From: a virus
DNA length: 64,000 bases
Reading direction: 5' to 3' (one strand)
Virus record (IMG/VR): IMGVR_UViG_3300036860_000514
Span: 8,038 to 72,037 of that record
Under the pieces are notes generated by a model. It was given only the letters and a program-made list of their open reading frames with translations. It made no database searches and was not told the origin of the DNA. The position numbers were made by a program, and so were the translations under genes. Below are positions 18,318-27,586 of the stretch, piece by piece (within the stretch, counting starts at the first letter, position 1; every line of letters starts with the position of its first letter).

Positions 18318-18616
18318 GACGTCTCCCGCGGCAGCCCCGCCGCCAGTCGATCGCGTACCACTTCGATCCCATCCCGGCTCGCAATCCAGAAGAACGTCGT
18401 GAGCGCCTCTCGGAGGGCTCGGACTTCGTCGAGGGTCGGCATCTCGATCACCCAGGACAAGCCCGGCCACGGCTGGTAGCTCGCCTGCGTGGGCCGTTTC
18501 TCGGCCTTACGCAGGAGCGCCGGCTGTATCCGGACGCGGACCGGTTGGCCAATTCGCGACATCATGATGTCGAGAATCGGTGAGTCATCTGGGTTAATTG
18601 CGGAGGTTACACGCAT
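18314..18616 (-). CDS. Hypothetical protein
   Basis: Stop overlaps exonuclease ATG. Confidence 0.6.
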   Translation of the reverse strand: MRVTSAINPDDSPILDIMMSRIGQPVRVRIQPALLRKAEKRPTQASYQPWPGLSWVIEMPTLDEVRALREALTTFFWIASRDGIEVVRDRLAAGLPRETS

Positions 18617-18910
18617 AACGGTTGATCAGGCTAGATCAAATGAGACAAAAGTATCAAGACCGAAAGTTCAACGTAGGTATGACAGCACTGTCAGTCGTGT
18701 ACACGGGCGTGGCAGAGCGCCGTATCTTGCGGTTGCAGCGCACGACGAGAGGCGATACAACGAATCGGTTGGTTTCGGGGGGAGTACTCGGGGGCACCGC
18801 TTAGAAGGCGGCACCCCCGCATTTGGAGAGAAGGGGTGACAGAACCGAACGATAAACCGCTCGGAAGGTTGGCGAGACCTAACGAGCCCCTACCTTTGAG
18901 GAGGTAGACG

Positions 18911-19858
18911 ATGACAAGCGTAAGCCCAGCCTCGTCCGGAAGTCAAGTCTCCTACCCTGACCCCATTCCCGGCGTCATTCCCTTCGGCACGGTCAATCTC
19001 CTCGCGGGCGCCTCCGGCGCAGGGAAGACGTCGCTGCTGGTCGAGTGGTGCCGAGCCTGGCAGCAGGGCGGGATGATCTTCGGCAAGCCGGTCAGCCACC
19101 TGTCGCGGATCGCGTACCTCTCCGCGGATCGTGTCTGGCAGAAAGATCATCAGATCTGGTTCGACCGAGCAGGCCTGCCACCCATTCAGCATTACGCGCT
19201 CGCGAACGATGACGCGATCCCGTCGACCTTGTGGACGCAGGACAAGGCGCTCGACCTCTTTCAGCACTGCCTTGCCCAGCTCAGCCCAGACCCCGGATCG
19301 TTGCTCATCGTCGATCCGATGACGCCGCTCTTCATCGCCGGCGATCAAAATCTACCGCGACCCGTCGCCCGCACGCTCCTGGAGTTCTCGCATACCTGCC
19401 AGCGGCGGAGCCTCACGATCATCGCGATCGCGTACGTGGGCAAACAGCGGTCAAACGGATCGGACCGGTACACACGCCTGGTGGATCGGATCGCCGGCTC
19501 GGGTGTGTTCGCCGGCTATAGTCATACGCAGATGTACCTGTTCGAACCGGAACGGCGGCAACCGTACTATCTCTTCGGGTGGCGCCCCCGTCACGCCAAA
19601 GAGGAACAGTACCGGTTACAGCGGAATGAGCAGACCGGACTCTTCGAACCGTACGAACCGGCCAAAGACGACCGCCTCTTAAAGTTCCTGGACCTCTTCC
19701 CCAAAGACGGGCTGATTATCACCTACGACGAGCTGGTCGACCAGGCGAAGACCATCCCGATGTCCGCGGCGACCGTGAAGCGCATCCTGCCTCTCCTCGT
19801 CGATTCCGGCGACATCGAGAAGGTGAAGCGGGGACATTATCGCCGGCCCATCCATTGA
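18911..19858 (+). CDS. AAA_25 / RecA-like replication ATPase (helicase-like) with C-terminal winged HTH
   Basis: GASGAGKT, LLIVDP, IAGSG, C-terminal SAATVKRIL..LV..G.IEKV.RG.Y; strong SD GAGGAGG. Confidence 0.8.
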   Translation: MTSVSPASSGSQVSYPDPIPGVIPFGTVNLLAGASGAGKTSLLVEWCRAWQQGGMIFGKPVSHLSRIAYLSADRVWQKDHQIWFDRAGLPPIQHYALANDDAIPSTLWTQDKALDLFQHCLAQLSPDPGSLLIVDPMTPLFIAGDQNLPRPVARTLLEFSHTCQRRSLTIIAIAYVGKQRSNGSDRYTRLVDRIAGSGVFAGYSHTQMYLFEPERRQPYYLFGWRPRHAKEEQYRLQRNEQTGLFEPYEPAKDDRLLKFLDLFPKDGLIITYDELVDQAKTIPMSAATVKRILPLLVDSGDIEKVKRGHYRRPIH

Positions 19859-19864
19859 AAGTTT

Positions 19865-20085
19865 GGCTCACGCGGCGGGGGCCTCTGAGCCCCCCCCCCC
19901 TCTAACACAGAGTGGGGGGCGTGAGCCTTACTAGTAAGTACGTACAGATTAAATTAGTTAGCTAGGCTCAGAGCCTTGAGCCTAAGAGCGTAAGCTCACG
20001 GAGCCCAGCGATCATGAGTGAGCCTAAGCCTAGCCTGAGCCTTTCGTAACTCACTGAGCGGGCTGTCTTTAGACTAATAAGCTCA
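19865..20085. repeat. Putative replication origin with TGAGCC iterons and AT-rich core
   Basis: Seven exact TGAGCC/GGCTCA plus variants; AT-rich TTACTAGTAAGTACGTACAGATTAAATTAGTTAG. Confidence 0.6.
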
Positions 20086-20120
20086 GTACTTGATTCTCTC
20101 TGTACGTGATACGGATCGAC

Positions 20121-20717
20121 TCAAGGTTGGGTGGCAGCCGTGAGGAATCCCCGGAGTTTCTGCTCGATCTGCTTCGGTTGGGCGAGACTCATCGTCTGGT
20201 ACTGCCCGCCACAGGCGGCCGCCAGCTCGCGTAGGAAGGCCTCTCCGCGCGTCCCGGGCGGGCCGACGTAACATACGTCAATCACCCCGCCGAAGCGTCT
20301 GGCGGCCTCCAGGGCGTGCTGCTCGCTATCTGGGGCGCCGTCGCTGACCAGGATGATGCGTCGAGCGCCTTTGTCTCGGCAGTAGTCGATCGCGGGGCCG
20401 AGCGGCGTGCTGCCGTTGGCCTCTGGGAGCCAGTCGACGAGGCGCGCATAGTCGATCGTGCCGCCGTCAGCGTTGGCGATTGGGAAGGCGACCTGCGGGC
20501 AGGCGAGCTCTTCCCGGAGCTTCGTGGTGATCGTGCGCAGGGCATCAATCTTGCGCCCAGACGACCGGTCCTGTGGGTTGACGACCTGATCCATCGATCC
20601 GCTACAGTCGAGCAGCAGAAAGGTTTCTCGCTCGGCCTGCTTCTCTTTCAGGATGTCGCCGAGCGATCGGCTTTGCAGGGTACTTTCGAGCTTCTGTCGG
20701 ACGAGATCGGTACTCAC
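20121..20717 (-). CDS. vWA domain protein
   Basis: MIDAS DCSGS...GSTPL...LVSDG. Confidence 0.88.
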   Translation of the reverse strand: MSTDLVRQKLESTLQSRSLGDILKEKQAERETFLLLDCSGSMDQVVNPQDRSSGRKIDALRTITTKLREELACPQVAFPIANADGGTIDYARLVDWLPEANGSTPLGPAIDYCRDKGARRIILVSDGAPDSEQHALEAARRFGGVIDVCYVGPPGTRGEAFLRELAAACGGQYQTMSLAQPKQIEQKLRGFLTAATQP

Positions 20718-20770
20718 GCCTGCGCCTCCTCTCGAGGTACGTACTAGAGATCTCAGAGCGAGCTAGGGTT

Positions 20771-21043
20771 TCAGAACGACCATTTGGCGGCTACGCCGGC
20801 TGAAAGAGGTTCGCCCCAGTTCTTGCCGATCCAGAGCGTGACGAGGAGATCATCCCGCACACGGGTGACCAGCGCCGCATTGGCACCGGTAGTGGTAACG
20901 ACGGTGACAAGCGCGAGCTTCTCATCCGGCTCAAGGGTTTTGGCCGCGTTCATCACCATCTGCGTGGCCTGCGCCAGAATCGACGCGGGCGGTGCCTCAT
21001 AACGCACGCCGGGGAGACTCGGTGGCGGCGGTTTGTCTACCAT
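20771..21043 (-). CDS. Small protein resembling a YadA-type beta-anchor
   Basis: Helix + four predicted beta-strands, ends SAGVAAKWSF. Confidence 0.4.
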   Translation of the reverse strand: MVDKPPPPSLPGVRYEAPPASILAQATQMVMNAAKTLEPDEKLALVTVVTTTGANAALVTRVRDDLLVTLWIGKNWGEPLSAGVAAKWSF

Positions 21044-22719
21044 GCCGGCAGCCGGACCAGGAAGATGTCCATCCGATCACTCGCGAGGTTGCCGCTGAAG
21101 CACGCGTACTCGCCGTAGGGATCGAGATTCGCTTTGGGATGTTTTCGGTACCGGTTGTTCATGGGATCGTTCCCAAGATTCCCGCCGGGCGCCGAGAGGC
21201 TCGTTAGATTCGGAGCCACCGACAGGTACTCCTGGCTGCCGTTCAGCCGCACGAGCACGAGCTCGTTCGCCCGCGGCCGATCATCTTGCGAGGCGGAGCT
21301 CATGAGCACGAGCTGCTCGTCCGGGGGTCCCGGCCGCGCGTTGGTGTGACTGACATGCCGCGTCATCGCCGGCTCCCAGCCGTGCATGTGGTACTGCAGT
21401 CCGCCGTCAATCGGCTGATGGCGGTCAAGGCGGATCAAGCGAAAGGCCCCGGCTGGGACGCCTTCCGTGTTCGCATCCTCCCCGATGACGTAGCCGTAGC
21501 CCACGTCGGAGTGGCCGAGTGCGGCCTGTCCGTACGGGAACATCCAGGCCCGCTCGCTGGCGAGCTCGATGTACCGATTCGCCCCGCTCCAGCCCTTCAC
21601 CATCAGGTACTGGCCGTCGGCCGTGATCTGACATTCATCATAGTCGTCTGGATTGATCGGGACGGACCAGGTCTGGCCCCCCTCGCGCCACGCAATCGCC
21701 TCCCGCACGCGATAGGTCTCCCGATCGCGTACCGTCGCCGAATGCGTCTGGTCGTCGTGGCTCGAATGACACTGATCGAAATAGCAGCCGTCGGGCGCCG
21801 TGCCGGCGATCTCCGTCTCTCCGGTGCGCACGTTCAGCCGCAACAGGTGGGTGTCCCGCACGACGTACAGCATGAGTGGGCGCTGGGCGCTCCAGTACCA
21901 TTTCTCGGCGAGATCCCAACTCAGGGGATTGTCGCTGTCGAAGAGCGGCCAAGCGTGCTCGACGGCGCCGGTCTGTTTGCTGACTTCGAAGATCGTCGGG
22001 CCCTCGCCTCCCGATCGCCGATCGATCCCGACGAGCACGAGGAGCGTCGTCTGGCCGGCATGTGCGTTGATCGTGCGCCAGTAGCTGTAGCCGGTCGGCT
22101 GGACCCCGTCTTGCCCCTGGCTATCCTCGCTATTCGTGACCCGGATCCCCTCGGTGTTCCAAGGTGGAGGAAACTGGAATCGTCCGCGCCAGCTCACGAA
22201 CCGGCGCATCTCGACATTCTGCAGGCGTGGGCGCACAAGACTGTCTGCGCTCTGCCCGCGAATGCCGCCTGTCCCGCTCGGCCTCGGTCCGACTGGTTGG
22301 GGCTGCGGTGTTGGCGGTGACGGCTGAGGCTCCGGCTGGGGGCGCTGCTCGGCCTCGGCCGTCTCGGTGTTCCACCGTGGGATCTGCTCCGAGTCATAGA
22401 GCACCAGGTTCCCGTCATTCTGGAGCACGAGCCGGGCGCCGGGCGCATCAGGCGTCCCGGAACTCCACACGGGCTCGCCCCGGGCATCGTAGATCACGAA
22501 ATTGCCATCCCCTTGCATGACGGCCATCCCGATGCTGGTCCCTGCGGTGTTGCTCGCCCAGAGCGGACGCCAGGGATTCTCCGCGATCCGGTACAGCACC
22601 AGGTTCCCGTCCCCTTGGTACACCAGCAGGTACCGCCCGTTCTCCGACACGAGCGGCTCGGTCAGGTACTGATCGCTCGTCAGCGTGTCGCGCATGCCCA
22701 GAAATGATAGCGCGGTCAT
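21037..22719 (-). CDS. Bulb-type (mannose-binding) lectin domain + Pro/Gln linker + beta-propeller-like domain
   Basis: Three QxDxNxVxY motifs (QGDGNLVLY, QGDGNFVIY, QNDGNLVLY); C-terminal PKANLDPYGEYACFSGN...DIFLV resembles TolB-like repeats. Confidence 0.85.
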   Translation of the reverse strand: MTALSFLGMRDTLTSDQYLTEPLVSENGRYLLVYQGDGNLVLYRIAENPWRPLWASNTAGTSIGMAVMQGDGNFVIYDARGEPVWSSGTPDAPGARLVLQNDGNLVLYDSEQIPRWNTETAEAEQRPQPEPQPSPPTPQPQPVGPRPSGTGGIRGQSADSLVRPRLQNVEMRRFVSWRGRFQFPPPWNTEGIRVTNSEDSQGQDGVQPTGYSYWRTINAHAGQTTLLVLVGIDRRSGGEGPTIFEVSKQTGAVEHAWPLFDSDNPLSWDLAEKWYWSAQRPLMLYVVRDTHLLRLNVRTGETEIAGTAPDGCYFDQCHSSHDDQTHSATVRDRETYRVREAIAWREGGQTWSVPINPDDYDECQITADGQYLMVKGWSGANRYIELASERAWMFPYGQAALGHSDVGYGYVIGEDANTEGVPAGAFRLIRLDRHQPIDGGLQYHMHGWEPAMTRHVSHTNARPGPPDEQLVLMSSASQDDRPRANELVLVRLNGSQEYLSVAPNLTSLSAPGGNLGNDPMNNRYRKHPKANLDPYGEYACFSGNLASDRMDIFLVRLPAW

Positions 22720-22725
22720 GTCAGC

Positions 22726-23139
22726 TCAGAAGATCAGTTTGATCACTTCCTGCATCGCGAGACGCGCGGCGGCTCGGCTCTCGGTATCGAGCGTGGTGGT
22801 GCGGAGCACGATCGCTTTGGCCTTCTGATAGCGGTCCCAAGCCTTCTCCAACTCGGGCCCGATGACTTGGCCTGAGCGGCAGAAGATCACCTGCTCGCCG
22901 GCTAGGAACCAGGCGAGCAACGCCTCGTGCGCCTTATCCTTCGTCGCGGCGGGGGTGTACGCCTGCGCGCGAGGACGTTTCTCCCGGGGCCTCGCCGGGG
23001 CTTCGTCCGCGACGCCGTCCGGGGCGCACTCGGGGTGGTACGCCTTGCGGGTATCGGGATCCCACGCGATCGCCTCCCCGATGCTGTAGGTGCCCCAGCA
23101 GGCCTTGCACTTGCCGTCGTAACGAGACTGCAGAATCAC
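22726..23139 (-). CDS. Hypothetical protein, N-terminal Zn finger
   Basis: YDGKCKAC...GEAI.W...YHPEC. Confidence 0.7.
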   Translation of the reverse strand: MILQSRYDGKCKACWGTYSIGEAIAWDPDTRKAYHPECAPDGVADEAPARPREKRPRAQAYTPAATKDKAHEALLAWFLAGEQVIFCRSGQVIGPELEKAWDRYQKAKAIVLRTTTLDTESRAAARLAMQEVIKLIF

Positions 23140-23167
23140 GATTCCCGCTCCCCCTTGTCCCGCACGA

Positions 23168-23190
23168 GGGGCGTACGCCGGGTACGCCCC
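23168..23190. terminator. GC-rich intergenic hairpin
   Basis: GGGGCGTAC-gccgg-GTACGCCCC; no U-tract. Confidence 0.35.
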
Positions 23191-23220
23191 GTCATGAGGG
23201 ACCGATACAACGGTACCGAG

Positions 23221-23880
23221 TTAAATGTTTTCTGCCGGCAGATCCGCGACGCAGCGGGCTGCGAGGTTATGCCAGCCCAAGTGATCCTCGTATGCAGGGG
23301 GCACGCGGTTCGACAGCCAGTTCGAGACGTCCTGAATCGCTTTGACGATCGCCTCGCTCGTAGGCAGAGTACCGTCCCGGAGCGGAGTCAGGAGTTGCCC
23401 GTCTCGCAATTGCAGATCCGGCTCTTTCGGCCAGCTCGACTCGTAATCGAACCCGCCGTAGACCAGAATCCGGCCGTCCGCGTGCTGGCGTACTTTCAGC
23501 CACCGTCGCGTTCGGCGGTTGGCTTGCACCTCGATCTCGCCGTCGTGCCAGGAATCCTCGGCCCAGGCGATACTCGGCCAGTCATCCTCGTAAATCGTGA
23601 CGGGCGGTCGGTCGGTGAGGGTAATCGTCCGGCGCTTTGCTGGCTTGGCGTCGGCCGCTGGCTTGGCTTCGGCCCAGAGCGTCTGATTGACGTAGACGGT
23701 GACGCCTTGATCCAGCGCCGCCTGCACGGCGGCCTCGCGGCTGCTGGCTTGGACCTCGGCGACGATGACGGTTTCAGGGCCGCCCTCGCGCATCGGGTTA
23801 TTCGCGGTGTTGTAGCCGCGCCGATGGACGATGTAGGTATGGGTCTGGGTGGTTGGCGTGCTGCTGTCGTTGCTGCTCAT
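23221..23880 (-). CDS. Hypothetical phage protein
   Basis: ATG 23880 with AAGGAG. Confidence 0.7.
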   Translation of the reverse strand: MSSNDSSTPTTQTHTYIVHRRGYNTANNPMREGGPETVIVAEVQASSREAAVQAALDQGVTVYVNQTLWAEAKPAADAKPAKRRTITLTDRPPVTIYEDDWPSIAWAEDSWHDGEIEVQANRRTRRWLKVRQHADGRILVYGGFDYESSWPKEPDLQLRDGQLLTPLRDGTLPTSEAIVKAIQDVSNWLSNRVPPAYEDHLGWHNLAARCVADLPAENI

Positions 23881-24362
23881 AGCTGCTCCTTGGTGCCGGA
23901 TGATGATGGCCCGTCCGGCTGCGGGCTCCCCGTCTGGGGCATGTCGGTAATCGGCTCGAGAATATTGGTCGGTTCCCCCTTGCCTTTGACTCGCTTTGCC
24001 CAGATCCCCCGCGCGTACTGGCGGATCTCGGCGAGTTGATGCGGCGTCGGCACCTGATCCGGCGGGCGCGAGTCGGGCTGTCCCGGTCGTTCCGGCGTCG
24101 GTCCGGATCGCAACGGCCAGGCGACGATGCCGAGTAAGAACTTCCGGCCGCATCCTCGCACCGTCGCGTGCGTCTCGTCGCCTGCGCGGTCCGCGCACGT
24201 GACCACAGAGGTCAGCCGGTCGTACCGCTTGTTGTCCGGCTTCCCTCGACCGACCTGGATCAGCCGGCCACAGTACGGACACTCGCAATCGAAGGCGGCG
24301 AGCCGGGCGAAGAACCGGACCGACTCTTCGATGATCGGATTTTCAGGCACGATTCGTCCCAT
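23877..24362 (-). CDS. Hypothetical Zn-binding protein
   Basis: CECPYCG...C...GCG. Confidence 0.6.
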   Translation of the reverse strand: MGRIVPENPIIEESVRFFARLAAFDCECPYCGRLIQVGRGKPDNKRYDRLTSVVTCADRAGDETHATVRGCGRKFLLGIVAWPLRSGPTPERPGQPDSRPPDQVPTPHQLAEIRQYARGIWAKRVKGKGEPTNILEPITDMPQTGSPQPDGPSSSGTKEQL

Positions 24363-24789
24363 CGATCCGAGCGAGTAGCACACGAGCCTCATCAGTGATC
24401 TGCGCCACGTGATCACGATTGACGGAATAGCCGCATCGGGCGACATCCGCGATGAATGCCCGCATCGCAGCCACCTGTGCGGGCAACTCGACCTCGACCT
24501 CGTTGACATGCCAGTCGTCCGCCCGCGTACTACAGTAGTTATCCAGGTGTTCCCGTAATGTGTCGTTGTCGGAGTCCTCTAACCGCCCGCGACCTGCAAT
24601 GGTCTCCAATTGCCCGTTGGGTAACACGACGGTCTCGCCCTCGTCTTCGTCGAAGTCCAGCCCTAGCGCCGAGACCACGGCCTCTAATGCCTCTCGCTCC
24701 GTCGCGTGCAAGCTGATCTCGCTCCCGTACGCGCTGCCAGCATAGGCCGCCCACAGCGTCACTCGTTCAGGTTGCTCTATCTTCGCCAT
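24343..24789 (-). CDS. Hypothetical acidic protein
   Basis: ATG 24789 with GAGGAG. Confidence 0.65.
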   Translation of the reverse strand: MAKIEQPERVTLWAAYAGSAYGSEISLHATEREALEAVVSALGLDFDEDEGETVVLPNGQLETIAGRGRLEDSDNDTLREHLDNYCSTRADDWHVNEVEVELPAQVAAMRAFIADVARCGYSVNRDHVAQITDEARVLLARIDGTNRA

Positions 24790-24802
24790 GTCCACTCTCC
24801 TC

Positions 24803-24991
24803 TCAGTCGGCCCACCGATCAAAATCAGCCGGAACTTCCACCTCCCGGATCTTCGTCTTAGACTCGTCGCGCATCTTGTCGGCTGCCGCCCGCGCGGCTG
24901 CCTCGGTTCGGTAGTACCAGAACGAGGCCGCCGGCATGGTGCGAGAGAGCCACGCAAGCGACCACGCGGTGATCGTCCGTCCCGGCGTCAT
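24803..24991 (-). CDS. Hypothetical protein
   Basis: Coupled small ORF. Confidence 0.55.
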   Translation of the reverse strand: MTPGRTITAWSLAWLSRTMPAASFWYYRTEAAARAAADKMRDESKTKIREVEVPADFDRWAD

Positions 24992-25305
24992 ACGCCAATC
25001 CTCCTATCTCGCCGTCTGGCGGCCTGCCGCGCGAGGATCGCCCGCCCGTGTTCGAGACAACAATCCTTCTTACTCCCCGGCAGATACGCGTAGACCGCCG
25101 GCTTGTCACAGCCTTTGAACGCACACGTCGATCGATGGCCCATGAACGACCAGCCGGGCAATCGACCGTAGTAGCAGACCGAGCAGCAGCCCCGCGCGCC
25201 TCCGCGACTGTGGCACTGGACCGCTCCGCACGCCTCACAGGCGATCTGCTGACAGCGCCCCGGCGTCGCTCGCCAGGTGTGACAATCGGTGCACCAATAG
25301 CTCAT
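24988..25305 (-). CDS. Cys-rich hypothetical protein
   Basis: Multiple CxxC motifs. Confidence 0.65.
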   Translation of the reverse strand: MSYWCTDCHTWRATPGRCQQIACEACGAVQCHSRGGARGCCSVCYYGRLPGWSFMGHRSTCAFKGCDKPAVYAYLPGSKKDCCLEHGRAILARQAARRRDRRIGV

Positions 25306-25601
25306 GATCGGACCTCCATGTACCGATGCCCTCGCTTGACCGCTACTACGTGATCACGAATGCTCAGCGTCCACGGGCTACCGAGACTCCGCGTCGTACG
25401 CATCAGCAGAAAGACGGGACGCCAGCCGGTCGTAATGCCGATCGTCCCGGTTAATTCCTCAGGCTCAGAGGCATAGCCGAATCGCACTCTAACCCGTTCC
25501 CCCGTATTGAAATAGCGTACAAACTCAGGGGTTGGCGGAGGTACGAACCGCGCGCCGTACTGCTGTCGTTTGCGTGCGCAGTACTCCTCGTACTTCGTCA
25601 T
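25302..25601 (-). CDS. Hypothetical phage protein
   Basis: Coupled ORF, GGAGG SD. Confidence 0.7.
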   Translation of the reverse strand: MTKYEEYCARKRQQYGARFVPPPTPEFVRYFNTGERVRVRFGYASEPEELTGTIGITTGWRPVFLLMRTTRSLGSPWTLSIRDHVVAVKRGHRYMEVRS

Positions 25602-25604
25602 GGC

Positions 25605-25949
25605 TCAGCCCTCCGCCCCGTCAATGCGCGCGAGCAGGGTACGGGCTTCGCACCTGTTACAGTCCGACTCTCCCTCTGTGAGTGCCCAACGGCTGCATTC
25701 GCACGGCTGCTGAGCGATAACGGCGAGCAGAGTGCGCATGGCCGGCGCTTCCGCAATCAGGCGGGCGTTCGCCTCGTTTTCTTCGTGCCCACGCCTAAGC
25801 CCCTGACGGTCGTGTGCGACTTCGCAGATAGATTGCACCGCGATATACGGAAGGTTTCCTTTCTCCCCTGGTTGCCAATCGCGATAGATCCGGAATCCTT
25901 CTTGTCGCCACGGTCCCGGCGTGTGTTTGGGATGCATCACAGCCCCCAT
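25605..25949 (-). CDS. Phage hypothetical protein (HTPGPW...ANARLIA.AP type)
   Basis: KHTPGPW and EANARLIAEAP motifs common in phage early proteins. Confidence 0.75.
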   Translation of the reverse strand: MGAVMHPKHTPGPWRQEGFRIYRDWQPGEKGNLPYIAVQSICEVAHDRQGLRRGHEENEANARLIAEAPAMRTLLAVIAQQPCECSRWALTEGESDCNRCEARTLLARIDGAEG

Positions 25950-26323
25950 GGCGCCGCCTCAAATCCAGGCAGAGCAGTAATCGCCGTCCCGATGATCTGC
26001 CGCGTGATCTTCTGCGCTTCCGACGTCGCCCAGCCGTCATGCTCGCACGCCTGGTACTCGTAGCACTGCGCCTGCTTAATCGCCGAGACTGGTTCGAGCG
26101 TCGGGTACTCACTGAGCGTACGCGTCGGTCGGACGCACGTGGGAGGATCTGACGGGTAGCGTGCTCTCAGCGATCGGACGTTCTCCCGTGCCAGCTCACG
26201 GAAGATCAGACGCCAATCGACTTCCCGAATATTGACGCCCACATAGCTCCCGTACCGATCGTGCTCGACCCAGAACCGGACGAGCGCGCCGATATGCGTC
26301 TCTGAACACATGAAGGCAGACAT
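25937..26323 (-). CDS. Conserved phage hypothetical protein
   Basis: ENVRSL.ARY, CYEYQACEH, APWG. Confidence 0.75.
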   Translation of the reverse strand: MSAFMCSETHIGALVRFWVEHDRYGSYVGVNIREVDWRLIFRELARENVRSLRARYPSDPPTCVRPTRTLSEYPTLEPVSAIKQAQCYEYQACEHDGWATSEAQKITRQIIGTAITALPGFEAAPWGL

Positions 26324-26325
26324 GA

Positions 26326-26850
26326 CTACACCCCCAACACGCGCGCCAGCAGTCCCGCCAGCTTCACCGCTGCGTCATGTCCGCCAAAGGTTTTGAGCAG
26401 GAACAGGGAAATGCGCCCCTCCCGGTAATCCTCTTGCCATACCAGATCGATATGGACGTAATGGCCCTCGTTGCCGCCCGTCACCGGAAAGACCGCAATC
26501 CAGCGGTACCGGATGTCCTCCAGCTTCGTCTGCTCCGTCAGTGTCGGAATCGGCCGCGGATCCTGTGCGTACTTGCGGTGCTCGGCTTCGTGGATGTCGT
26601 ACCGGACCATGTCCGAGAAGTACTCGATCGCCAGATCCGGATCGACCTCCAGCGGTCGAATGATCGCGCGTAGCTCGCCGTACAACTCGGCTAATGTGAG
26701 ACTCTCCCGGCGTGACGCCCTTTGAAAGTCAGATGCGCCGGTCGCCTCTAACTCCGCGAGTGTCGAGGTACGCCCTTTCTCGACGTAGGATTGGACGTCT
26801 GCCTCAGTTTCGCTCGGTCCTAACATGATGTAGCGTGCTTTGATCTCCAT
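26326..26850 (-). CDS. Hypothetical phage protein
   Basis: VTGGNEGHYVHID, LKTFGG. Confidence 0.7.
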   Translation of the reverse strand: MEIKARYIMLGPSETEADVQSYVEKGRTSTLAELEATGASDFQRASRRESLTLAELYGELRAIIRPLEVDPDLAIEYFSDMVRYDIHEAEHRKYAQDPRPIPTLTEQTKLEDIRYRWIAVFPVTGGNEGHYVHIDLVWQEDYREGRISLFLLKTFGGHDAAVKLAGLLARVLGV

Positions 26851-26920
26851 GTCCTTCTCTCCCTTTCTCTTGCGCGCGAGGATGCCCGTCCCGATCGCCA
26901 GTCAGGACCTATCAGTTGTT

Positions 26921-27148
26921 TTATGCCCGCATGCCCCCGTCCGCCTTTGCGCAGTCCATCAGCGCGACCGCCAGCAGGCGAACCGTATCCCGTCCCGCAT
27001 GCAGGCGGAGTTCTGCCTCGGCGGTCGCCATCTTCTCAGCGGGAAACATGCCGAAGCGTACGAGTGTCTTCTCCTGATTCGTGAATCCTGCCCACAGTAC
27101 GCCTGCGATACCTGCCGCGATTACCTCTGCCTCTCGGTTCCGTGCCAT
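26921..27148 (-). CDS. Hypothetical protein
   Basis: AAGGAG SD. Confidence 0.65.
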   Translation of the reverse strand: MARNREAEVIAAGIAGVLWAGFTNQEKTLVRFGMFPAEKMATAEAELRLHAGRDTVRLLAVALMDCAKADGGMRA

Positions 27149-27182
27149 GATCGTCTCTCCTTATCCCGATCCTGATCGCCCG

Positions 27183-27362
27183 TCAGGATCGATCGCGCTT
27201 CGCCCTTTCAATCGCTCGCCCTGCATCCCAGATAGACGGTTTACGCTCGACTGTCCCACGTCGCCCGACGTCCCGGATCGCTTGGTGTGCGTCCGCTCGC
27301 CCCTTGCCCCGCAGATCCTGTAGATACCGGATCTGTTTGTCCGTCGGCCGTTTGTATGCCAT
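27183..27362 (-). CDS. Hypothetical protein
   Basis: PTDKQIRYL motif. Confidence 0.55.
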   Translation of the reverse strand: MAYKRPTDKQIRYLQDLRGKGRADAHQAIRDVGRRGTVERKPSIWDAGRAIERAKRDRS

Positions 27363-27373
27363 GAAATTAGCCT

Positions 27374-27586
27374 TTAATTTCCTACGCGCGAGGATGCGCC
27401 TCCTGCTGTTCGTCCCGTAGGGAACCAATCACCCGTATCTGGATCCTGGAACTCGACGAACGCGTACGCTCCGTACTCCTGTCCCTGGAGCTCGGCGAGA
27501 TAGCGCAGGCAGGCGCGCTTGTCTCCCGGTTCGTGTACTTGCCCGTTGCCGAAATTGACCCGGTACCGTAGTCGATTCTCAGTCAT
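27374..27586 (-). CDS. Hypothetical protein
   Basis: Coupled ORF. Confidence 0.6.
   Translation of the reverse strand: MTENRLRYRVNFGNGQVHEPGDKRACLRYLAELQGQEYGAYAFVEFQDPDTGDWFPTGRTAGGASSRVGN

Noticed and set aside
19865-20085. Mini-CRISPR array
   Set aside because: Repeats are 6 bp, irregularly spaced and in both orientations
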